This document shows positions 1-13,742 of a stretch of DNA of 64,000 nucleotides, piece by piece (within the stretch, counting starts at the first letter, position 1; every line of letters begins with the position of its first letter). The translations under genes and the position numbers were made by a program. The stretch lies in assembly GCF_009914755.1 (NCBI RefSeq), contig NC_060926.1. The stretch is one strand, 5' to 3'. The notes under the pieces were generated by a model that did no database searches, was not told the origin of the DNA, and was given only the letters and a program-made list of their open reading frames with translations. The stretch comes from the human T2T-CHM13v2.0 reference genome, Homo sapiens.

Positions 1-247
1 GGAGAAGCAAACACATACTTCTTCACGTGATGGCAGGAAGGAGAAGTGCCAAGCAAAATGCGGAAAAGCCCCTTATACAACCATCAGATCTCATGAGAAC
101 TCACTCACTATAATGAGAACAGCAGCATGGGGGTAACCAACCCCGTGATTCAATTACCTTCCACCAGGTCCCTCCCACAATATGTGCGGATTATGGGAAT
201 TACAATTCAAGATGAGATTTGGGTGGGGACACAGCCAAGCCATATCA
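1..247 (-). mobile_element. THE1 (THE1C/D-like) MaLR 3' LTR, truncated by window edge
   Basis: Reverse complement begins TGATATGGCTTGGCTGTGTCCCCACCCAAATCTCATCTTGAATTGTAATTCCCATAAT, the THE1 LTR start; homologous to 1827-2206. Confidence 0.92.
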
Positions 248-1826
248 TTCTGCCCATGGCCCCTCCCAAATCTCATATCCTCACATTTCAAAACACAGTC
301 ATGCCTTCCCAACAGTCCCCAAAGTCTTAACTCATTCCAGCATTAACCTGAAAGTCCAAGTCCAATGTCTCATCTGAGACAAATTCCTTCTGCCTATGAG
401 TCTGTAAAATAAAAAGCAAGTTAGTTACTTCCTAGATATAATGGGGGTCAGGCATTGGTTAAATACACCCATTAAAAATGGGGAAATTGGCTAAAATGAA
501 GGGGCTACAGGCCTCATGCAAGTCCAAAATCCAGCAGGGCAGTCAAATCTTACAGCTCTGAAATAATCTCCTTTGACTCCATTTCTCACATCCAGGTCAA
601 ACCTATGCAAGAGGTAGGCTCCTATAGCCTTGGGCAGCTCTGCCCCTGGGGCTTTATAGGGTTCAGCCCCACTACCAGCTTCCTTTATGGGCTGGCATTG
701 AGGGTTTGTGGCTTTTCCAGGTACACAGTGTAAGCTGTCAGTTGATCTCACATTCTGGGGTCTGAAGGATGGTGGCCCTCTTCTCACAGCTCCACTAGGC
801 AGTGCCCAAGTGGACACTGTGTGTGGGGGCTCCAACCCCATATTTTCCTTCCAGAGGTTCTCCATGAGGACCCTGCAGCAAACTTCTGTCTGGACATCCA
901 AGTGTTTCTATACATCCTCTGAAATCTAGGTGGAGGTTCCCAAACTTCAGTTCTTGAATTCTGTGCACCTGCAGGCTCAACACCACATGGAAGCTGCCAA
1001 GCATGGGGCTTGCACCCTCTGAAGCCATGGCCAGAGGCGTATCTTGGCCCCTGTTAGCCATGGCTGAGATATAGGGCCCCAAGTCCCAAGACTGCAGAAA
1101 ACAGCAAGCCCCTGGGCTTGGCCCACAAAACCATCTTTTCCTACTAGGCCTCTGAGCCTGGGATTGGAGGGGCTGCCGTGAAGACCTCTGACATGCCCTG
1201 AAGATATTTTCCTCATTGTCTTGGTGATTAACATTTGGCTCCTTGTTACTTAAATTTCTGCAGCTGGCTTGAATTTCTCCTTAGAAAATGGGGTTTTCTT
1301 TTCTATCGCATCATCAAGCTGCAAATTTTCTGAAATTTCTTTCTCTGTTTTCCTTTTAAACATAAATTCTAATTTCAAACCATATCTTTGTGAATACATA
1401 AAACTGAATGCTTTTAACAGCACCCAAGTCATAACTTGGACGATTTGCTGCTTAGAAATTTCCTCTGCCAGATACCCTAAATCATCTCTCTTAAGTTCAA
1501 AGTTCCACAGATCTCTATGGCAGGGGAAAAATGCTGCCAGTCTCTTTGCTAAAACATAGCAAGAGACACTTTTATTCCATTTCCCAAAAAGTTCCTCATC
1601 TCCATCTGAGACCACCTCTGCCTGGACTTCATTACCCATATCACTATCAGCATTTTAGTCATATCTATTCAACAAATCTCTAGGAAATTCCAAACTTTGG
1701 CACATCTTTCTGTCCTCTTCTGAGCCCTCCAAACTGTTCCAACCTCTGCCTGTTACCCAGTTCCAAAGTCATTTCCACATGTTTGGGTATTTTTACAGCA
1801 GTGCCCACTACCCAGTACCAATTTAC
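248..1826 (-). mobile_element. THE1/MaLR internal region (degenerate internal ORF)
   Basis: Lies between two LTRs; ORFs 1250-1639 (NEVQAEVVSDGDEEL...RDLWNFEL) and 491-901 match the MaLR-int peptide. Confidence 0.9.
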
Positions 1827-2206
1827 TGTATTATTCCATTTTCACACTGCTATAAAGGACTGCTGGAGACTGGGTAATTTATAAAGGAAAGAGGTTTAAT
1901 TGACTCACAGTTCCGCATGGCTGGGGAGGCCTCAGGAAACTTAACTATCATGGCAGAAGGGGAAGCAAGCACGTTCTTCTTCACATGATGGCAGGAAGGA
2001 GAAATGCCAAGCAAAATGTGGAAAAGCCCCTTATAAAACCATCAGATCTCGTGATAACTCACTCACTATCACCAGAACAGCAGCATGGAAATAACTGCCC
2101 CCATGGTTCAGTTACCTTCCACCAGATTCCTTCCACGATACATAGGTATTATGGGAATTACAATTCAATATGAGATTTTGGTGGGGACATTGTAAAACCA
2201 TGTTAA
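1827..2206 (-). mobile_element. THE1 MaLR 5' LTR
   Basis: TGTATTA...GGGTAATTTATAAAGGAAAGAGGTTTAATTGACTCACAGTTCCGCATGGCTGGGGAGGCCTCAGG, typical of the THE1 LTR reverse complement. Confidence 0.92.
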
Positions 2207-2734
2207 TATCTTAATCCATATTACTAATTATAAACATTTGCCATGTGGTTATAGGTTTGGGGGCAAAAAAATTCTAAGTTCACATAAACTCATTTTACCT
2301 ATAGATAAGTTTAGTCCATGTAGTGGAGGCTGCAAGGGCAGGATATGTCCTTAGAACCCCAAGAAGTGATGCTTGAGAAAGAAAACCCAGGTTTACAGAG
2401 GCCTCGACATTCAGAAAAGTGTAATCAGAAAATGTAAGGAAAAGTCAGACAAAACAAATAGGTCAATATGACACATAAATGTAGACTTTTTTGAATGTCC
2501 CCTTGAAAGGAAACATTATTTCTGCCACTCTACTCATTTCAACCTGAATTCCCCAATATAGATTTTGATCTTTTGCAGAAGTTACAACTGGTCATTTACA
2601 ATTATATGTGGTTCTTAGTTATGCATATTGGTACTGCCCAGGGATTAAAATTTTCTTTGTTATTCTTCCTGCTACGTTTTTGAATTTGGGATATTTTCTA
2701 GGTAAACTTAATATCTGCCTTCCTCTGAAAAATT

Positions 2735-3180
<446 letters not shown>

Positions 3181-4019
3181 TGATTCCTTGATTTCTTAGT
3201 GGTAGGGAATTTCTGCATGTGAAGACTGGCTGCTTTTTCTTTGAACCATTCTCCTGATATGCACATCTTCCCTCAGTGCTAAACTTGTCATTTCTTTGTA
3301 CCAGAGATAAGAGATTATTGACAATATTCTCCAGCTTGGCTTAACAATATATTTTTTATTTGGGGGAATTTGCTATTTGGAAATATATTTCTTATTTGGG
3401 AGAGTCTTTGCAAATGAAATATATTACTTGGGGAGAAAAGACTGTTTTAATTCCTTCTCTGAGCCAAGCAAATTTTTATTTGTTTTTTGTACAAAACAAG
3501 TTTTGGAAACTTTTACCATGAGAATCTGACTGGGTATGGTCCTTGCCATTGGACTCAAAGTGGCCATAGCTTTCACCATAGGGTCAGGAGTCTGCAGGGT
3601 CAAGGGGACATGGATGCTCAGAGACCAGGCTTCCTCCCTATCCCTCTATTCTGGACCAGGCTTCTAGAATTCCTTGCCCCAGTGACTGAGAGCCTACTTC
3701 CTGGGGCTGTGCAGGTTTCTTTTCTGGTTTGCTCTTTGAAGGCCAACTGAGCCACCACTGTGAATACTCCTAGGCCTCAGGGGTACCAAGTGTTTGCTAT
3801 TTGGGAGGGGGCTATGGACATGTGCTCTGGGTTATCCACACACATTTGCATTAGGTCTCTCAAGGAGTGAGACAGATAAAAAAGAAAATGGCAGCTGAGG
3901 GGACGGGGATTTCCAGCTGTAGCACTTCCATGAACCCACAAATCAGTGGCTCCAGCTCTTTCCTGCCCTTCACATCTCAACTCTGCCTACCTGTTTTCTT
4001 TTTTTCCCTTAAACAGTTC

Positions 4020-4372
4020 AAATTTACTGCCTCTGTACATGTTATTTCTTTTTCTTGGATTATACTTCTCCTAATTCTTCCATGGCTGGCTCCTTCTCAC
4101 TGTTCAAATCTGAGCTTAAAAATCATTGCCTCTCCTAAGGCTTCTTCCCCACTACCAGTCACTTTCTTTCATTTACTCCTTTGTTTTCTGCATAGGACAT
4201 TTCATAATATGAAATCAGTTTCTAAAGGCACTTACCTATGTATTGTTCATCTCTTCCCACTTAAATACAAACTCCATGAGAACAGATAATTTGTCCTGCC
4301 TACCACAGTCTCCCTAGAACCCAGCAGAGAGTACATGCTCAATCATAATAAGTTAATAAATGATTGACTGAG
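4020..4372 (+). mobile_element. L2 3' fragment
   Basis: AAACTCCATGAGAACAGA...CCCTAGAACCCAGCA...TGCTCAAT, typical L2 3' end. Confidence 0.75.
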
Positions 4373-4449
4373 CAACTGCACACATGAATAATTGTTGTCT
4401 CTGTGCAATATAAAGACAACCACATGCAAAGCTAAAAGTATAGTTTCAA

Positions 4450-4808
4450 TGTCAATATTAATCAAGATAGTCCAGGGTGAGGTGCAATAACTCTCCAGCT
4501 GAAAACAGCAAGGTTTACTTCTCATTCAGCTTTTATCAACATGTGGGACAGCTAGTGCTTGATCTTGTGTTGTCTTCATCCTGGAACCCAAGTGACACTG
4601 TTCTCCATCTGGAGCATCACTGGTCACCACGGCACAGGGAGGAGGCTATCAAGTCGTTAGCTGGCTCTTGTAGCATCCACATGGAAGTACATATATCAGC
4701 TCTGTTCAGATACTGTTGGTCAAAAAAAAGCCACAAGACTGCCTGACTTTATGAGTGTCTTAAAGAAGTATCAGAAGCATGGGTAAGTAGCCCCAGTCAT
4801 GACCATAT
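4450..4808. mobile_element. Old MaLR LTR (MLT1J/K-like)
   Basis: AAGGTTTACTTCTC...CATCTGGAGCATCACTGGTCACC...TTGGTCAAAA..GCCACAAG..TGCCTGACTT motifs. Confidence 0.6.
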
Positions 4809-5569
4809 TTCTACTTGACAGATTCTTTACTCCTACTGATTTTAGCAGATATTTTGCTTAGCATCGACACAACTTAAATTTGGGATACAAGTCAACATCT
4901 TGTTTGTAAGTAGTCATTAGTATTTTAAATATATACATTTTAAAAAATGAAGTCCCTTTAAAAGTAAAGGCTGTTTTTCTACATATTTATTCTTGTCGTG
5001 TTTTAGTTTAAAAAGATTTTAAGTCTTTGAAATTGTTGATAACGTTGCATCTAATTTCTTTGCCCCTTTAAATGTGATTGCTTCTGACATATTAGCCAAT
5101 ATGTTTAAAATAAAATGATGGGAAATCAAGTGGTTTATTCCTCTGCATACATATAGTTCCATAATGAAATTATTCCTGCTGTGAAAAATAAGTTTGCATT
5201 TTGCAGCTGATCACAGTTGGTGAGAACAGAGGGTGTATACATCTTTAATGGAGTGTGTTTCTCAGACTCTTATGACAAATGCAACCTCCCTCATTCTCTC
5301 CCACAATTAAGTAAGCAACTTTTGATTTCAAGCTTTCATTAAGGAGATGGGATACATCACACACAGGAACAGCATCTTGCAGGTTGCCTTTTAATCTATT
5401 GTCTCTTGTTTCTCCTTTTTTCTCCCTCTGTCTGTCTCAGTTCCTAACTGCCAATTATCTGTTCTTCAGACCCTGCATAAACAATTTGGGTGTATACAGA
5501 GGATTTAGATACATTTCATTAACATTCCCACATATTTCATTTAAAAAAGGATTAAATTAAGACTTAAAG

Positions 5570-5796
5570 TTTGCCATTGTAAGACCTTTATTTTCCTATA
5601 TATCTATTCTTTTTATTTTAGGAAATAGTTTCCTTATTTTTAAACTTGATAGAAGCCTTATTTTTAAAGTTTATAGAAGAAACAGGAAAGAAAAGAAGAG
5701 TCCCTCAACATTTCTTTGGTTTATCAGAGAAGTGGTTGGCTCTGCATGACAAACTGCCAAATGGTTCTAAGAAGCATGTCAACAGTTGTTTTTGGT
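5570..5796. repeat. Local duplication, copy A
   Basis: Direct alignment with 7549-7766. Confidence 0.97.
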
Positions 5797-5952
5797 CAAG
5801 CTACTGGATGTGGCCTATCTCCACGGGTGATAGTTGGTAGAGCTCACAACTATTTTTATTCTTAATAACACATGGAAATATAGACCATAACGAATGAATT
5901 GTCATATTTAAAGAGAGGCAATTTTTAATAATAATTTTAGAAATGCTTGCTT

Positions 5953-6242
<290 letters not shown>

Positions 6243-6871
6243 AAAATGCTTGCTTTTTATGGCAAATCAAGTATTTTTAAGTATGTCTTACATGTTTCTA
6301 TGAAAAATTTCTCCATCTTTATAGAAAAACAAGAAGGAAATCAGGGATAGGGTGATTAATATCTATTAAAACTCCCTATGTGCTAATCATAATAGTGTTG
6401 CTTTACTTAAGTTATCTCAATCTCTCCCTCAACAACCTGTGAAATAGCAATTATTCTCATTTATGTATTTGTTTTTACTAAAGGAATAAGGGTATCCAGA
6501 GCTTCACAGAATAGGAAGCCAACAGGAGCCCATCTCACAGTCTTAGACTTATGAAGAAGTATGGTACCGTCACTATCCAAACAGTTAGGATAGCCATGCT
6601 TGTAACATTATTAAATCTTGTCCTCCAATATTTGATTTTCCAAGGATTTCTGATATCACTTAAGTTATTTTATCATGTATAATTTTCAGGTTGGTTGTAT
6701 GAAATTATAGCCCAGTAGAGACAAATATGTATTATTTTATTATTGCATTCATTTATTTGTATTAATAATATTTTTTACATATATCATTTAGAATGTTCAA
6801 AATATAATTTTAAAAACTCAGCCATGATCCTTTCACCGAAAAATAACTGCTTTTTACATATTGATATATTT

Positions 6872-7126
6872 ACCAGTCATGGTGGTTCACATCTGTAATC
6901 TCAGCACTTTGGGAAGCCAAGGCAAGAGGATCACTTGAGCCCAGGAGTTCAAGACCAGCCTAGGCAACATAGTGAGATGTTGTCTCTACAACAACAACAA
7001 CAACAAAATAAAAAGCAGGAGGATCACTTGAGCCCAGGAGGCAGAGGCTGCAGTGAGCCATGATTGCACCAGTGCATCCCTTCCTGGGTAACAGAGTGAG
7101 ACTATATCTCAAAAAAAAAAAAAAAG
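6872..7126 (+). mobile_element. AluJ-like with right-arm deletion, inside an old L1M 3' fragment (~6720-7390)
   Basis: GGATCACTTGAGCCCAGGAG in both arms, (CAA)n middle, A16 tail, GATATATTTA flanks. Confidence 0.9.
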
Positions 7127-7548
7127 GATATATTTATTTCCAGTCTAATTTAATTAAATGTATAATATATCGTATTGATCTTATGTCTATTATAGTTTTT
7201 ATAAAACATAGATTTTACCATATACCTAGTTTTATGCTTTCCTTTCTTCACTTAAAATGTTATAATCAGCATTTTTGCTTGACTTTATTGCTAATCAAAA
7301 ACATAATTTTAATAGCTGTACATTTTTTATTTATGGATATGCAATAATAAATATAGCTTTTCTCCACTGTTTCATAGATGTTTTAGAGTGTATGTAAGAT
7401 AAAATTACATTCTCTCTACCTATTCCTCCAATTGTTCTCAGTTTCATTCATTTAACAAGTCAGATTACCAAATATTGTATTTTAATTTACCTTGAATATA
7501 TCACTCCTGAATCTGCTTTTTACACGGTTTAGTATTATTTCTCCTTCA

Positions 7549-7766
7549 TTTGCCATTGTGAGACCTTTATTTTCCTATATATCTATTCTTTTTAATTTAG
7601 GAAATAGTTTCCTTATTTTTAAAGTTGATAGAAGCCTCTGGGTTCAGGGAAACAGAAAAGAAAAGAAGAGTCCTTCAATATTTCTCTGCTTTATCAGAGA
7701 AGTAGTTGGCTCTGCATTGCAAACTGCCAAATGGTTCTAGGAAGCATGTCAAGTATTGTTTTTGGT
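7549..7766. repeat. Local duplication, copy B, flanked by 17-bp direct repeat
   Basis: Aligns to 5570-5796; GGTTTAGTATTATTTCT at 7526-7542 and 7764-7780. Confidence 0.97.
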
Positions 7767-8066
7767 TTAGTATTATTTCTGCAGCAACGATTAGGAGTCT
7801 ACATTAAAAAAAAGGCAAAATGAAAAACATTGCTGTGTCTTCTATAAAACCATCACATCAAGGAATTATTCACTGCATGGAGAAGGTCTCTGAAATATAT
7901 TCCTATTAGATATTGGGGATGAACAAGAAACCACTTCCTTGAATAATAAGGTCGCTTTCTTTGACCAGTTAATTTTACTCAGCACATCTTCTTTTTTTCC
8001 TAGGACTAACAGAAAGTACAAACCTAAACATAGTGTTCGACTATAGAAAATATTCGTAGTCTAGAT

Positions 8067-8286
8067 CTATGCTCTCCAGTAGAGTAACCACTAACCACAT
8101 GTGGCTTTTTAATCACATATTGCTATTTAAATTTAACTAAACTAAAATAATTTAAAATACAGTTCCTCAGTCACACTAGCCACATTGCAAGTGCTCAACA
8201 ACCACGTGTTTCTATGGGCTACCATAGTGAACAGCACACATACAGAATATTTCTATCATTAAAGAAAGTTCTGTTGGACAGCACTG
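8067..8286 (-). mobile_element. MER3 hAT-Charlie MITE
   Basis: CCACATGTGGC...CAGTTCCTCAGTCACACTAGCCACATTGCAAGTGCTCAA...AGAAAGTTCTGTTGGACAGCACTG. Confidence 0.88.
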
Positions 8287-8568
8287 GTCTAGATTATGAA
8301 TCAAATTATAAATTTATAGCATTTGATGCATCTTTACATTTTAGCTTTATTTAAATTGTCTGGATGACTACTTACTTAATACTTACTGCCTGCTACTTTC
8401 TCTGACTTTTAAAATTAGGTATCTGTGAATTGCAAATATGTGGTTAAAAATAATATCCTAAGTTCTTACAATGTTGATACCTAACTGTTAGATGACTAGA
8501 GAGGTTATCAAAGCTTACAAAGGGATTTAAAAATTGATTATCTTGGTTATCTAGATTTGCATTGTCAC

Positions 8569-8876
8569 TTTTTTTTTTTTTTTTTTTTTTTTGAGATGGA
8601 GTCTCACTCTGTCGCCCAGCCTGGAGTGCAGTGGTGCGAACTCGGCTCACTGCAAGCTCCGCCTCCCGGGTTCACGCCATTCTCCTGCCTCAGCCTCCTG
8701 AGTAGCTGGGACTACAGGCACCCACCACCGCGCCTGGCTAATTTTTTTTTGTATTTTTAGTACAGATGGGGTTTCACCGTGTTAGCCAGGATGGTCTCGA
8801 TCTCCTGACCTCGTGATTCACTGGCCTTGGCCTCCCAAAGTGCTGAGATTATAGGCGTGAGCCACCGTGCCCAGCC
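8569..8876 (-). mobile_element. AluY
   Basis: GCAAGCTCCGCCTCCCGGGTTCACGCC; long T tail; TSD TGCATT(G/A)TCAC. Confidence 0.97.
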
Positions 8877-10196
8877 TGCATTATCACATTTGGTAAGGCT
8901 CCTGTCCACCTAAGTTAATATGAATGTCCCAGTCTCATTCCCCTCATACAGTCTCATTTGCTACATTCCTTGTGATAAATGTCACTGAGTACAGGCCTTT
9001 TCAGTCCCATTAGGGTGATGCTGTAAATGATGATGGTTCAATGATTCTGTACTTCTATTTCTGCTGTGCAGTGTCCTGTTCATTTCTAGGCACAACTGCA
9101 GGCAGGTGAACACTAGGGAGAGTTTCAGGAATAGCGGTGTCAGTTTTGGCTGGATGACATGGAATGTTTTATATGCCATTTGGGACATTTGGCTCAGTTT
9201 GAAAATCCTAAAGCAACATTCATATTTTAGAATTAGAAATTCCGCATACCTATCTATAGTGTACACTGATTTGAACTGAATTTGAAATAAACATATCAAC
9301 AGTAAATCTTCTTAAGGCTGGTGATGGCACATACTTTTGAAATGCTTAGGTATAAACAAAGCAAGCATACATTTTCTAGGTCTCACTATACAGTCATAAA
9401 ACACTTGGCTATAAATCAGCATGGACCACTTTAATTTCATTTCTTGCCCACATAATCAAAACATGAAGCTCTCTTTTCTTTAACACATAATTCTTCTCAA
9501 TCATTACATAAATTGCCATATTTCTTAATAACAAAGTAAATGCTTGGGTTCAGCTATGATTTACAGATTGGGTAAATTATTAGCTATATGGTTGTAATAT
9601 GCTGATCTGCTTACAAAATATGTGTTTTAAGTAAATACGTCTATGACTACAGAAGAGAATGTTATCCATTACTATTTAGATCTTTTAAATATCTTCTCTA
9701 TAGCAGGGGCAAGTACTTCCAACTGGGTTATATTATTTGTGTTAATTTTTTTCAAGGCTTCATTATCGAAACCTGCAAAAGTTGATAAGGACGTGCCTTC
9801 ATACAACCACATTTACTATAAGGATGTCACATAATCTTTTGTCACTGATTCACTTTCCAACTTTCAGAAATTATTTGACTAAGTTGAATTTGCTATATTT
9901 CCCAGTTCCCTGATGCCATTGATTGTATAAGGCACCATCAATTTATAGATAATCTTTCTGAGGGTTAAGCAGGGATCAATTTTGATAAAAGTAATGTTGA
10001 TTGGCAATGAGCTGTGAAATACATTCTGCCATTATCATCTAACACCAGAATTTTTCTGAAGGAAAGAGTTGTTTTGGTGGGTAAAATATTTTGTTGAAGA
10101 TTTGGAGCTGCTGCTCAGCAATTCAGCTCCTATGTGTCTTGGAGGCAAGATTCCATGTCTCCAAGACACATGTGACTGGATTGCTGAGCAGCAATA

Positions 10197-10230
<34 letters not shown>
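10197..10230. repeat. (TG)n microsatellite, interrupted
   Basis: Direct reading. Confidence 0.95.
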
Positions 10231-10869
10231 AGATGAAGCTCTGCATACAGACCAAAGACTTTGGAGCTTGGGGTGGGGCAATCCTGAGATAGTAAAAAGG
10301 CGGGGAGAGTGATGAGAAGGACATGTACAAATTGGAAGTGAAGCCTTCCAGTTTGACTTCTTCATATCTCCCACCAAATCTTCAGCAAATCATGCATGCT
10401 TACAGAAACCCTAGTGGGAAGAGGATTTCGTAGAACTTGGTGTAAAGGCCAAAAACGTTTCACACCTGAGTAGTGGCAAAGATGTAGGGGCCAGGCTCAG
10501 AAGAACTATGGAGTATAAATCCGAGAGTCAGTCCATGTTGATACCAATAGATCTAGTGTGTTTATTAGAAGAACGTACCAGTTTAGTTATACATGCCCTA
10601 TGGAGGAAATTTAGTTCTTGTCAGTATTTCTTCAGTATAGTCAAAGCTGCAAAGAGCACCTCTACACGTCTCCTGAAACACACAGAGGAGAACTTCTCTC
10701 AAAAATGCACCTAGAAGTATTATTTTTGGTTAATTGTAAATTTACTACATATTTACTACAAATTATCCTCCAAAGTAACTATATAAATTTATGCTTTGAT
10801 ATTCATGAATGAAAGTTTTCCTTTACCCTTATTTTTGTGAACAAAAGACATTATCTTTCTAATTGAGTA

Positions 10870-11600
10870 TGGGATGCTATTTTATTATTTCATTTATTTG
10901 TATTTAGTTAATTTATTTTTTGCTGATTAGGAGTGAGACTGGGCAGTTTTTCTTAACTGTATTAACCAGTATGTTTCCCTCTTCTGTGTATTGCCTCTGT
11001 TTTCTTTGGCAGGCATTGCTAATTGTCTCTCCCTATCCATCCTTCGCTTCTTTATCAACAGATTCTAATTTTATTTGAGATCCCAATATGCCCAGGTAAA
11101 CTTATTTTCTCCTTTCACTTGAGTCTGGAGTGGGGGCCGTGTAACCCAGCTCTGGCAAATGGAAAGTGGGAGTCACTGGGGCCTCCAGGTGAATTTTTGA
11201 AAGGCAGGTCTTTTACTTGTGTCCCTGGCACGTCACTTCTGTTTATTTCTGGAGCACAGACCTGATACCTGGAGAAAAGGAAGAAGACTGTCCTAGGTGA
11301 AGAGAAAGTCTATTGAACAGGAAAGAAGCCAAGCCCTTGATGATTTCCTCAGACGGCTGTGCTGACCCTAGATGGCTTCTTTCCCTACCTCTGATTATGA
11401 GAGGAAAATCAGCCTACATTTACTTAAGCCGCTCTAACCACATTTCTTTAATAAGTAGCAACATGTCATACTATTACGGTGTCTTTGTCCCATTTTTAAT
11501 TAGCTTGTTTTTTTCTTATTGATTTCCAAGAGTTCTTAATATATGATAGATAAAAATCCTTTGTCAGTTATATGTGACATAAATATCTTCTCCCAGTGAC
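10870..11600 (-). mobile_element. Old L1M ORF2 fragment interrupted by an ERVL-type LTR (LTR16/33-like, ~11015-11470)
   Basis: L1 antisense text (TCTTCTGTGTATTGCC; TTATTGATTTCCAAGAGTTCTT..AAATATCTTCTCCCAGT) on both sides of a GC-richer LTR-like block. Confidence 0.55.
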
Positions 11601-13405
11601 AGAGATTTTGTTCTGACTCTTTCTCTAACTTCACTGTGGGTTCTGAAAACATTGCTTTCCCTTTCTAGATCTTGGGTTGGTATTCTGTAAAATGAAGAGT
11701 AGAGAGTATCCAAGGATTTTTCCAGCTCTTATATTCTGAGTTCACTGATACGGGCTTAATAAACATGTCTCTGAACAGCTTGCACAGAGTGGCTGGTCAG
11801 CCACAGCCAGTCATCTTGATAAAACTCTTTCTGTCCCTACTGATCGATCACACAATCCAGACTGATTACTTAAGAGACTATTTGCAAACCATTCTGGTTA
11901 GCTGTAGAGTGATCCATCTTTTTGAGCATGTATAAAAATACCCTTACAGCTATAGAGTTGAAAACTGTCTTACATTACCCAAGGCAAAAAAAAAAAAAAA
12001 TCATAGGAAAACAAAAGAAGAATATTACAACATTTCAGCACATGTAATGTTAAACTAAATGGACATGAGTTGTCAACAGAACTTGAAAACAGCATATTCC
12101 CCTAATAAACAATAGAAGAAAATGGTGAGTAATTCTTGATATGTTTCAGAAATGCTCATTAAGTTCTATTATAAAATAACAACTTCTTGAAGTAAAGTAG
12201 TTTGCTAGTTGTCAGTTTTGGATTTGATTTAAAAACAAATGGTGGATAAATCCTAAAAGTCAAACAAAACAACAGGTAGATTGGAATGAGTATTTATTCA
12301 AGATGGTCTGTTTTCCACTGTTACTGGGAAAAGAAAATGATTTTAAAACTGGGAAAAACCTCCCCTAAATTTCAGATTTTTCTTTGTGCTTGTGTAGAAG
12401 CTGATGTAGAAAGGATTATGAGAAACTGTTTGGATGAAATTGAGAGAATACCTTTTCAGGAGTCAAGACCATCTTGGACTTCAGCCTAGCAACACCAGCC
12501 CCTACATGAGTACTGGGTTTGCCAAAGGGCTTTGCATGACTCTTTTTCTAATTCCTAGGCTCTGGAAGAGACGAACCTGCCAAGCTGTCTAGAGCTGCAA
12601 CTCTCAAGTTGGTAACAGTTTACATGAGGTTTACCTGAGAACTGAGTGCATGAACACACTAACCTGATTCAAGTGAATGATATGTGTGAGTAAATAAAGT
12701 TTTTAATGCAGGGAGTGGAAAAACAAACAGAAAAACCCTAAGGTGATTAATCACTCCCATTCTTCCCTTACAAGTCTGTTTATGGAAAACGTCAGAGCTG
12801 CCTACTTTATCTCATCCTTCATCTCCTGACTCATTAGCTTTTCTTTGTTATAAGTCAAGGGTCCTCTGGACCCTAAAGATTTCTGGAGTCTAATGAAGGA
12901 GTTAGCCTAATGTTGTCACTAACTGAACTGGATGGGTAGTCCTGACTTTCCAATGCTAGGTCTTGGGCCTCTCTCTTTCTCTTGCTTCTCTGTGAGATAC
13001 AGAAGAGAGATGCCTGGGCTTTTTCCTTAGAACCACACAGACTCCTGCTATTGCCTTCTCCCTATTTGTGGCAATGCTGACTCACCTCAGACAAGGTGCC
13101 AACATGGCCCCACCCCTCCAGTGCCACCCAAACAACAGCAGCAACACCCAGGAGGCCCATAAACCGAGACACCTCTTGGGGTAGCTTATCTCTGCACAGT
13201 GACCACTGGGAGCTGCTCACCTGTCCCACTGGAGTCTGGGTTCCATATCTTTAGATTCTCTCTTGCTGCTAGCAAAACGGCTTCCCTCATCTTACCCTGC
13301 TTCACATCTTCATTTTGGTGAGGGTCAGAGGTAGGTTAGGAGCCCTGCAGTCAATTTGTGTCTGTAGTGAGGCAACTGAATCCACAGCCCCTCATCCACA
13401 GGTCA

Positions 13406-13742
<337 letters not shown>

